In this document: positions 19,503-27,465 of the stretch, piece after piece
Position numbering within the stretch: position 1 is the stretch's first letter
Layout of the letters: each line of letters starts with the position of its first letter
Origin: Candidatus Foliamicus sp.
GTDB taxonomy: Bacteria > Pseudomonadota > Gammaproteobacteria > Steroidobacterales > Foliamicaceae
Length of the DNA stretch: 64,000 bases
Direction: 5' to 3'
NCBI GenBank assembly: GCA_965238055.1
Contig: OZ250178.1
Coordinates: 2,841,184-2,905,183, forward strand
Made by a program: the position numbers and the translations under genes
Notes under the pieces: model-generated
Told to the model about the DNA's origin: nothing
The model's database searches: none
The model's input: the letters and a program-made list of their open reading frames with translations, nothing else

Positions 19503-19860
19503 AGTCGGCTACCTCCTCGAACTGGCGTTCTTCGCCGAACGGACGAGCGTTCGACGTGTCGCGCGAAAGGACGCTGTATACCCGCTCGACCATTTCCATG
19601 CGCTCCGCCTCCCACGCCTCTTTCTCGGCGTCCGAGGGAACATAGGCCTCAATCATGCCGGCGGTGACCTTGCCCTCGGTTTCCAGAAGGCGCTCTAGCA
19701 CGCGCATGCGCTGGCGGCCGGCCCAGATCTCCGACCCGAGCGCGATTACCGCCGACATCAGGTTGTCGATATGCGGGTTACCCAGGAAGATGGCAGAGTC
19801 CGTATCCGCTGGAATGAAAGGCGCGGCTTTAGTGCGCCCCTTTTCGACTTTGTCGCTCAT
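19495..19860 (-). CDS. small conserved hypothetical protein (partner of the methyltransferase; paralog of 25971..26249)
   Basis: ATG at 19860 after GGGAGAA. 8-nt overlap with the methyltransferase start. HIDNLMSAVIALGSEIWAGRQRMRVLERLL aligns with VLDHLVETVMQLGSELWTTRRRLEVLEKAL of the paralog. Confidence 0.6.
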   Translation of the reverse strand: MSDKVEKGRTKAAPFIPADTDSAIFLGNPHIDNLMSAVIALGSEIWAGRQRMRVLERLLETEGKVTAGMIEAYVPSDAEKEAWEAERMEMVERVYSVLSRDTSNARPFGEERQFEEVADYD

Positions 19861-19904
19861 GGTGTTTTCTCCCAAGCCAAGCAACAGCATGAGTCGCTGT
19901 AATC

Positions 19905-22900
19905 CTACCGATTGTAAGTTCGCTCGGAACGCGACTCAATCCAATCATAAATCACAGGAAGCAGAACCAGCGTCAGCAAAGTAGAAGTAATGAGCCCGCC
20001 CACGACCACCGACGCAAGGGGCCGTTGGGTTTCAGCGCCAACTCCGGTGGACAGCAACATGGGCGCCAGGCCGAGAATTGCGACGCTGGCCGTCATCAAT
20101 ACCGGTCGCAGGCGCAGCTCGGCGCCCTGGCGCACGGCGTCATGCACCGACAGGCCTTTGTCCCGCAATTCATTGATGAAACTCACCAACACGATGCCGT
20201 TCAGCATGGCAACGCCAAAGACCGCAATAAAACCGATGGCCGATGGCACTGAGACGTATTGGCCGGTGATAAACAGCGCGATCAGGCCGCCAATGGTGGC
20301 AAACGGCACGTTGGCGATGATCAGCGTGGCGTACTTCACCGAGTTGAACGCGGTGTAGAGCAGCACAAATATGAAGAAGATCGTCAGCGGCACGATGATC
20401 GATAGCCGGGTGAGCGCGCGCTGCTGGTTCTCAAAGGCGCCGCCCCATTCGATCCAGTAGCCCGGCGGCAGATCGATCCTGTTCTCGATGGCCGCGTTGG
20501 CATCACGCACGAACCCGTCAACATCCCGGCCGCGCACGTCCATCTGGATCACCGCGTAACGCTGCAGTTGCTCCCGACGGATGAAGGAATAGCCTTCGGC
20601 AAGGCTGACATCGGCCACCGCCGAGAGCGGCACGATGGCGCCGCCGCTGGTCTTCAGCGCGATCCGTTGGATCGACTGCACCGACGATTTGGAGGCGTCA
20701 TCGAGCCGGGCCGTGATATCGAAGCGGCGCACGCCGTCGATCAGGGTCGACACGGGCTCGCCGCCTATGCCGGTGCGCACAACCGACAGGACATCGTCGG
20801 CATTCATCCCGAATCGGGCCAGCTGGTCCCGTTTCACCTCAATGCGGATCTGCGGCTTACCGACCTTGGCTTCCAGCGACAGGTCGGCGACACCGTCCAC
20901 ATTGGCGATGACATCCTTCACTTCCTCGCTCAAGCGATCGAGTTCCGTCAGTTCTTCACCATAAATCTTGGCGGCAAGGGTTGCGCGCACGCCCGAAATC
21001 AGTTCCTCGACACGCATCTGAATCGGCTGCGTGAATCCCACGACGGCCGTGGGGACAACCACTTCAAGTCGTTCGCGCATTGCGACAGCGAGTTCCTCGA
21101 TGTCGCGGCCGCCGGACCACTCCTTCTCGGGCTTGAGCTCGGTATAGATCTCCATGTAGTTCACATCGACCGTTTCGCCCTTCTCGGCACGCCCGATCAT
21201 CGCCACCGTGGTGATGACCTCGGGAAACTTCGACAGAGCATTCTCAATGTCCTTGGAAATTTCGATTGACTGTTCCAGGGAGGTGGACGGGATCGAAGTC
21301 ACCCGCCACATGATCGAACCTTCCTGCATTTGCGGCATGAACTCCTTGCCCAGCAACGGAAACAGCGCCAGGCTTGCCAGCAGTAGTCCGGCGGCGCCCG
21401 TGACCACGGTCTTCCTGTTATCGAGGGACCACGAGAGCAACGGCAGGTAACGGGCCTTGATTACCCGCACCAGCCAGGTATCGCGCTCCTGTTTGGGCTT
21501 GAGGATCAGGGCCGCCAATACCGGGATCAGCGTCAGTGTCAGAACCAGGGAGCCGGCCATGGCGAAACTGATGTTGAAGGCCATGGGTTTGAAGAGCTTG
21601 CCTTCCAGGCCTTCGAGCGCGAACAGCGGCAAAAACACAACGATGATGATCAGGATGGCGAACGCGATGGGGTTCGCGACCTCGCGCGCCGCCGCCAGGA
21701 CGGCTGAAGTCCGATTGACGGGCTGGCCCGTTTTCTTGCGCTCGGCCATGATGCGAAAGGTGTTCTCCACCATTACCACCGCCCCGTCGACCATCATTCC
21801 GATGCCGACAGCAAGCCCTGCCAGGGACATGAGATTGGCGGAAAGACCCACTTCGCCCATGAAGATGAAGGCGATCAACATTGCCATCGGCAATGCGGCG
21901 ATGACCACGATGGCCGCACGCAATTCGCCCAGGAAGAGAAACAGCACAATCGCAATCAGGATGGAGCCCTCCACGAGGGCTGTAACGGCGGTGCCCACGG
22001 CCTTGTCAACGAGGTCGGTACGGTCATACACCGGCCGCAGCGTGACGCCATCGGGCAGCGATTGATCGACAATGCCCACCTTTTCCTTGACCGCCTGGAC
22101 CACGTCGGCGGCATTCTCCCCGGCGCGGGCCAAGGCGATGCCAAGCACCACCTCCTTGCCGTCACGGGTCACGGCGCCGAATCGCAATCCGCCGGCCTGT
22201 TGGATTTTTGCGATATTTCGCAGGTAGACCGGCGTTCCGTCTTCCACTTTCACGACCATGTCGCCAATGTCGCGTTCGTTGGCGACGAGTCCCAGTCCCC
22301 GCACCAGGTACTGTTCGGATCCTATGTTGACGTACTGGCCGCCGACCTGGCGGTTGTTGGCCTCGATCACCTGCATCACATCGGTAAAGGTCAGGTCGTA
22401 CTTGATGAGGCTCAATGGAGCCATCACCACCTGGAACTGGCGCTCCTGTCCGCCCCAGGATGTGACGTCATCGACACCGGGCGCGGTACGCAAGATCAGG
22501 CGTACATTCCAGTCGTGCAGCGTGCGCAGGTCCATATCGGTGACCGCAGCGTTGAGTTCTTCATCCGCCCGCTCGAGCGTGTACCAGAACACCTGGCCGA
22601 GGCTGGATGTGTTCGGCCCCATCTCCGGCGTGCCGTAGCCCTCAGGAATACGATCGCCCACTTCCTGAAGACGCTCCATCACCAAACGGCGGGCAAAGTA
22701 GATGTCCATGTCGTCGGCGAAGAAGACCGTGACATAGGACAAGCCAAACAGGCTGACCGAACGGATTTCCTGGACCTTTGGCAGACCGGCCAGGCCCGAT
22801 TCGATCGGAAAGGTGAGCAGTTCCTCGACGTCCTCGGCCGCAAGCCCGGGTGATTCGGTGTAGATATTGACCTGGACAGGCGTTACGTCCGGAAAGGCAT

Positions 22901-23009
22901 CAATGGGGACGTTTATGACTGCACGCCACCCGAGGAACGCCACCACCGCGAAGATGATCAGCACCAGAAACTTGTAGCGCAGCGAGGCTTCAACAAGTTT
23001 TCTTAACAT
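19905..23009 (-). CDS. czcA: heavy-metal efflux RND permease, CzcA/CusA family
   Basis: 1034 aa, 12-TM RND layout. HME-type N-terminus (MLRKLVEASLRYKFLVLIIFAVVAFLGWRAV...PIDAFPDVTPVQVNIYT). Follows czcC and czcB. Confidence 0.95.
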   Translation of the reverse strand: MLRKLVEASLRYKFLVLIIFAVVAFLGWRAVINVPIDAFPDVTPVQVNIYTESPGLAAEDVEELLTFPIESGLAGLPKVQEIRSVSLFGLSYVTVFFADDMDIYFARRLVMERLQEVGDRIPEGYGTPEMGPNTSSLGQVFWYTLERADEELNAAVTDMDLRTLHDWNVRLILRTAPGVDDVTSWGGQERQFQVVMAPLSLIKYDLTFTDVMQVIEANNRQVGGQYVNIGSEQYLVRGLGLVANERDIGDMVVKVEDGTPVYLRNIAKIQQAGGLRFGAVTRDGKEVVLGIALARAGENAADVVQAVKEKVGIVDQSLPDGVTLRPVYDRTDLVDKAVGTAVTALVEGSILIAIVLFLFLGELRAAIVVIAALPMAMLIAFIFMGEVGLSANLMSLAGLAVGIGMMVDGAVVMVENTFRIMAERKKTGQPVNRTSAVLAAAREVANPIAFAILIIIVVFLPLFALEGLEGKLFKPMAFNISFAMAGSLVLTLTLIPVLAALILKPKQERDTWLVRVIKARYLPLLSWSLDNRKTVVTGAAGLLLASLALFPLLGKEFMPQMQEGSIMWRVTSIPSTSLEQSIEISKDIENALSKFPEVITTVAMIGRAEKGETVDVNYMEIYTELKPEKEWSGGRDIEELAVAMRERLEVVVPTAVVGFTQPIQMRVEELISGVRATLAAKIYGEELTELDRLSEEVKDVIANVDGVADLSLEAKVGKPQIRIEVKRDQLARFGMNADDVLSVVRTGIGGEPVSTLIDGVRRFDITARLDDASKSSVQSIQRIALKTSGGAIVPLSAVADVSLAEGYSFIRREQLQRYAVIQMDVRGRDVDGFVRDANAAIENRIDLPPGYWIEWGGAFENQQRALTRLSIIVPLTIFFIFVLLYTAFNSVKYATLIIANVPFATIGGLIALFITGQYVSVPSAIGFIAVFGVAMLNGIVLVSFINELRDKGLSVHDAVRQGAELRLRPVLMTASVAILGLAPMLLSTGVGAETQRPLASVVVGGLITSTLLTLVLLPVIYDWIESRSERTYNR

Positions 23010-23028
23010 GAGAATTTCCCGGTGCGCG

Positions 23029-24159
23029 TCAGTGCGCGTGGCCTGAGCCGATCGAAGACTTGAGCAGCAAGGACTTGAGATGGAACACGCCGTCGATGGC
23101 GACCTGATCGCCCTCGGCGAGTCCGGCCCTTACCTCGGTCCAATCGCCCACCGTAGGGCCCGAATCGATTTCGGCGGCGTGAAACTCATTGCCGTTTTCG
23201 AGCTTGAACACGGTGGGCGCGCCTTCGATCATGGTGACCGCGGAGTTGGGTACCGCGAGTGCCGGCGGGCGTGTGCCGGCCACGATTTCGGCCTCCACAA
23301 ACTGTCCCGGGTGCAAGCGATCGCCGGCATTGCCGACTTCGATGCGGAAGCCCTGTGTGCGGGTGGTTTCATCCAGAAGGTGATAGCGCTGGATGACCGT
23401 GCCCTCGAGCCAGATAGTCCCATCCAGACTGACCCGCGCCGTGGCGCCTTTATGGATGCCGGGCAATTCATTGACTACCGTCTGCGCTACGACCCAGACT
23501 ACCGATTCGTCACTGATGTCAAAAAGCTCGTGGCCCGGTTCAATCAACTCTCCGACAATGAATTCGTCGTGTAGAACCGTCCCGGCCTGCGGCGCCAACA
23601 GGTCGAACTCGCCGGTCGCCTTGCCGGCATCGCCCGACTGCACCAGTGCGCTCGCCTGCGATGGGGTCATGCCGTAGGCGAGTACTTTGGCATGAGCCAG
23701 TTGTTGGGCCACCTGGGTTTCGACGTAGCGCTGTTCGGAGACGGTTTCCCGGCCGAGTAACTTGACCCGCCGCCATTCGCGGTCAGCTACGATCAATGCA
23801 CCTTGCGCTTCGGACATCGCAACGCTCGATAGGGTCACCAATCGATCACCGACGCTCACTTCATCGCCCAACCTGGCGTGACGTGCAACGACTTGCGCAG
23901 TGATTCGCGGTGTGACCCGCGAGGAGCGGTAAGCGTTGATCACTACCTCGCCTGGCACGCGCAGGGTTTCGTTCAACGCACGCGGCCTGACGGTATCGAC
24001 GGTGATGCCTGCCATGTTGCGCTCCCGGAGCGTCATTTCGATGGCGCCGCCTTCTTCTTCCTGGTGATCCTCTTGATCGTCGCGCGCATCTTCCTGGCCG
24101 CACCCCGTGGCGATCAGCGCCAGACACAGACACATCGCCCAGAGCTTTGCGTGATTCAT
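23029..24159 (-). CDS. czcB: efflux RND periplasmic adaptor subunit (CzcB-like)
   Basis: ATG at 24159 after GGAGAA gives MNHAKLWAMCLCLALIATGCG (lipobox). Membrane-fusion-protein hairpin and beta-barrel text follow. The upstream part of the listed ORF was rejected. Confidence 0.9.
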   Translation of the reverse strand: MNHAKLWAMCLCLALIATGCGQEDARDDQEDHQEEEGGAIEMTLRERNMAGITVDTVRPRALNETLRVPGEVVINAYRSSRVTPRITAQVVARHARLGDEVSVGDRLVTLSSVAMSEAQGALIVADREWRRVKLLGRETVSEQRYVETQVAQQLAHAKVLAYGMTPSQASALVQSGDAGKATGEFDLLAPQAGTVLHDEFIVGELIEPGHELFDISDESVVWVVAQTVVNELPGIHKGATARVSLDGTIWLEGTVIQRYHLLDETTRTQGFRIEVGNAGDRLHPGQFVEAEIVAGTRPPALAVPNSAVTMIEGAPTVFKLENGNEFHAAEIDSGPTVGDWTEVRAGLAEGDQVAIDGVFHLKSLLLKSSIGSGHAH

Positions 24160-24197
24160 GGTGAGTTTCTCCAATCCGGTCATGGTCGTGGCCCGAT

Positions 24198-25457
24198 TCA
24201 TCGGTAGGTACCTTGTCCCAACCAGGCGTCCACCTGGCCGGACGCCCATAGCCATTCGAACCAGGCCCGCCAAAGCGCTTCGCGTAAACCCAGTGCGTTT
24301 TCCTGTACGTCGAGCGTGGCGGTCAGTTGCACCAGGTAGTCCGTGGTGCTTAGTTCACCCGCCTGCCAGAGCTTTTGCAGTTGCTCGGTTTGCCGCCTCA
24401 GACTGGCCTGGCCGGTGAGCTCCCAGTCGCCCCAGGCGCCGCGCGACAAGTTGTACCGCTCCTCGGCGCCGATGAGCCGGGCGTGCGCGCGTTGCAGCAC
24501 ATCATTGGCGATTTGTTGTGCCTGGCTGCGCTCGGCCATCGCGGCAGTGACTTCGTGACTGAATCGATTGCGCACAAACAGCGGAATCTTCAGGTTCAAG
24601 CCGATCAGAGTCTCGCCTTCTTCTTCGCCTCCTGCCAAATTCAGTGTCGGGTCAGGACGGCGTTCGCGCCGGCGCAGCTCAACGACCGCGTCCGCCATGG
24701 CCACCTGGCGCCGAGCGGCGAGCACTTCGGGTAGAGCGAGCACCAGCGCTTGTGGATCGGCGCTGGTGGGCAGCATTGGCATCGATGCCGGTAGAGCGGG
24801 CCACTGTGTCGCGGGTGTTCGCGGTGTCAGACTGCGCACGGCCTGGCGCGCTTCGGCAAGTCCCGCTGCCGTGGTGGCCTTTTGGATCCGCGCGTTGGTG
24901 GCGGATAGCCTGGCCAGGTCCAGCTCCACCTGGTTCAAGTCACCGGCCGCGAAGCGGCGTTCGGCAAGCACTGCAAAATCGTCCATCAACCGGCGCCGCG
25001 AGTTGGCCAGAGCTTCGCGCTCCACGCCGGTCTGATGCTGGGCAAGGCCGTTCAGCAATTCGACCGTGACATCCCAGCGTAAGGCCAGGTATTCCGCTTC
25101 GACGACCAGGCGATTGGACTCCGCGACGGCGGTGCGCGCCTTGCGCTTTCCGCCCCAATCGAGAGCCTGGCTGATGCCCAGGGTGCGCGTGTCGCCATCG
25201 GAGTTCTCAGCGTCCAGAATGAGTGTCGGGTTGTACAGGGGCCGGGAAGCGGCTTTGCGAAGTGCGCTGCTCGCCTCCAGCGCGGCACGAGCCGCACCTA
25301 CGCGCGGGTTCGCCTCCACCACGGATTCCACGAACCGGACTAGTTCGGGATCCGCCGGGGTAATGCCGGGCGTGTTGTTCTCGGCCGCCGTGGCAGTCCA
25401 CGGGAAAAATATCAGGGCGGCTAGCAACAAGGCCGGCCCATTACGTGCTTTGTGCAT
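24198..25457 (-). CDS. czcC: TolC-family outer membrane efflux protein (CzcC-like)
   Basis: Signal peptide (ALLLAALIFFPWTATA) and two OEP repeats. First large gene of the CBA cluster. Confidence 0.9.
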   Translation of the reverse strand: MHKARNGPALLLAALIFFPWTATAAENNTPGITPADPELVRFVESVVEANPRVGAARAALEASSALRKAASRPLYNPTLILDAENSDGDTRTLGISQALDWGGKRKARTAVAESNRLVVEAEYLALRWDVTVELLNGLAQHQTGVEREALANSRRRLMDDFAVLAERRFAAGDLNQVELDLARLSATNARIQKATTAAGLAEARQAVRSLTPRTPATQWPALPASMPMLPTSADPQALVLALPEVLAARRQVAMADAVVELRRRERRPDPTLNLAGGEEEGETLIGLNLKIPLFVRNRFSHEVTAAMAERSQAQQIANDVLQRAHARLIGAEERYNLSRGAWGDWELTGQASLRRQTEQLQKLWQAGELSTTDYLVQLTATLDVQENALGLREALWRAWFEWLWASGQVDAWLGQGTYR

Positions 25458-25537
25458 AAATTATCTTCCGGAAACGGTCCATCGGCATGCGCACCAAGCA
25501 CGGCTCGGTGTGCACAGTCCCCACTGGGGAAAACGCT

Positions 25538-25897
25538 TCAGATGTTGGGGGGAGGGGTAGGGGGCGCTTGCGCGAAATTCCGCACGTGGGCGGAACGGTC
25601 GGCCAGATGCTCGGATCCGCCAAAGGGAGTTACGGGCGCCGCGGCCGGCGCCAGAACGCCGACGGTGTGACCGTGGCAGCAGCGCTCGCAATGATCTCCG
25701 CCGGCATGACCGTGGCAATAACGCTCGCAATGATCCCCGCCGGGTTTGCTGTCGTGGTTCTGATCGTTCTCGAAGGTCGTGGACGCATGGCCGGCGCCAT
25801 CGCCATCGCCATCGCCATTGGTGACGCTATCAGCAGCGCCGTCCACGCTAATCAGGAACACGGACAAGATCACCGATAGGCACCAAAACGATCTCAC
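25538..25897 (-). CDS. small secreted His/Cys-rich putative metal-binding protein
   Basis: Signal MRSFWCLSVILSVFLISVDGAADS, a DGDGDGDG run, and tandem GGDHCERYCHGHA / GGDHCERCCHGHT motifs encoded by a 39-bp direct duplication (25667-25705 / 25706-25744). Lies 80 nt upstream of czcC on the same strand, in the position of czcI-like genes. Confidence 0.55.
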   Translation of the reverse strand: MRSFWCLSVILSVFLISVDGAADSVTNGDGDGDGAGHASTTFENDQNHDSKPGGDHCERYCHGHAGGDHCERCCHGHTVGVLAPAAAPVTPFGGSEHLADRSAHVRNFAQAPPTPPPNI

Positions 25898-25970
25898 AGC
25901 CGAACCATCCTACAGCAAGAAATTAGGCATAATCTGCGTCACAACCCGCTTGGCCGTGAAGAACGCACAA

Positions 25971-26249
25971 ATGAACGACCCGCAATATTTTGACCATCCG
26001 GTGCTGGATCACCTGGTGGAGACGGTGATGCAGCTTGGCAGCGAGTTGTGGACGACGAGGCGCCGTCTTGAGGTGCTGGAAAAAGCGCTTGCAGAGGCCG
26101 GTTCGCTGCCTCACACTGCTGTGGAGCTTTATTTGCCGTCCGCCGAGGAACTCAAGGAAGAGGCCGCGCAGCGCGACGCTTTCGTCCGGCGTTTGTACGC
26201 CGGGTTCGCCCGGGGCGGGGAAGAGCAAGAGGCCCCGCCGGAACCGTAG
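25971..26249 (+). CDS. small conserved hypothetical protein (paralog of 19495..19860)
   Basis: ATG at 25971 gives MNDPQYFDHPVLDHLVETVMQLGSELWTTRRRLEVLEKAL... Lies 10 nt upstream of the methyltransferase paralog and diverges from the His/Cys-rich gene across a 73-bp spacer. Confidence 0.6.
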   Translation: MNDPQYFDHPVLDHLVETVMQLGSELWTTRRRLEVLEKALAEAGSLPHTAVELYLPSAEELKEEAAQRDAFVRRLYAGFARGGEEQEAPPEP

Positions 26250-26259
26250 GAAGAAAAAT

Positions 26260-27309
26260 ATGGATCGAGGACAACTTGGCGGTCTGAACCGCCTTCCTTC
26301 ACTGGACGCCGAGCAGCGCCTTGGCTTTGCCCTGAGCTTGCGTACCCTGATAACCGCGGGCGGAGTGAGCGCCAAGTCGCGGGCAGCGGCCAGCGAAGCC
26401 TTAAAGGAGGCCGGAACGTCTGCGAACGACATTGAGGCGATTCGACGCGTCGTGGATCCTATCCCGCACACGCAGATCCGCAATCGAATGCTTCGCAGCC
26501 TGCAGGAAATGACCTGGGACTCCGCTTTTGGCGCCATCGCCGGTGATCGACAACGGCTTGAACGGGAATTGCATGCGGATTCGGACGATCCGCGCCTGCA
26601 GCTTGATCCTGAATTGAAGATGCCGGATTACCTGCAATTCGACTTTCACCTGCAGCCCGGCGGCTACGTGGGCGATACGCTGGCAGGCGAGGTTTATCAC
26701 CACGGCACCCAGGCCTTCTACATGGGGATGAATGAAGGCGACATGATCCACAACGGCCTGGTGGCATGCGGGCGCGAGCCTTTGAGCGGCGGCGTGGAGC
26801 GTGCGCTGGATCTGGCCACAGGCATCGGTCAATGCGCCACGGCGCTGAAGCAAAGGTATTCGGCGGCGGAGGTTTGGGGGCTGGATCCCTCCGAACCACT
26901 GCTCAGATACGCGCACAAGCGCGCCGAGCGCATGAACCTGCCGGTGTTCTTCAAGCAGGCCAGGGGCGAGGCAAGCGGTTTCGCGGACAGCTATTTCGAC
27001 GCAATCAACAGCTATATTCTGTTTCACGAGATTCCCTTCAGCGCCACCGAGAAGGTGGTGCACGAGATGTACCGGATCCTGCGGCCCGGCGGCGTGTTCA
27101 ATATCTACGATTTTCCTGTTGGGGATCCCATGACGCCTGAAACGCGCTACATGTTCGAGCTGGATCACCGCGACAATGGCGAGCCCTGGTCGATCGAACT
27201 GATGGAAAGCGATTTCGACGGACTGTTGAAGGCTGCGGGTTTTGAGATCACTCTCGGACCACGCCAGTTCCTGGTGGTCAAGACCTGGCATTGCCACAAG
27301 CCGGAATAG
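26260..27309 (+). CDS. class I SAM-dependent methyltransferase-fold protein (no signal peptide)
   Basis: ATG at 26260 after AGGAAG. Motif I ALDLATGIGQCATAL, then ...DAINSYILFHEI...ILRPGGVFN. Shares KMPDY..F.LQPGGYVGD..AG with 18297..19502. The listed ORF start at 26035 was rejected. Confidence 0.8.
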   Translation: MDRGQLGGLNRLPSLDAEQRLGFALSLRTLITAGGVSAKSRAAASEALKEAGTSANDIEAIRRVVDPIPHTQIRNRMLRSLQEMTWDSAFGAIAGDRQRLERELHADSDDPRLQLDPELKMPDYLQFDFHLQPGGYVGDTLAGEVYHHGTQAFYMGMNEGDMIHNGLVACGREPLSGGVERALDLATGIGQCATALKQRYSAAEVWGLDPSEPLLRYAHKRAERMNLPVFFKQARGEASGFADSYFDAINSYILFHEIPFSATEKVVHEMYRILRPGGVFNIYDFPVGDPMTPETRYMFELDHRDNGEPWSIELMESDFDGLLKAAGFEITLGPRQFLVVKTWHCHKPE

Positions 27310-27465
27310 GCTTCGGCCTGTTCATTCGCGGTGGCTAAAATAGTGCGTGGACTATACCTGTCCCGCGGGCGTTGCCTAGCCGGGTTTTTGTGATAAATTC
27401 GGTGGTCGGAATTCGGGGAGTCTCTTGCTACATTCGACGATCAGAAATCAAGGAGTCTGGTAATC

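Noticed and set aside
25487-25879. 130-aa + strand ORF opposite the His/Cys-rich gene
   Set aside because: The minus-strand product has a signal peptide, a metal-binding repeat and an orientation matching czcCBA. The + strand product has no such features. Strand choice remains somewhat uncertain and is flagged in the finding.
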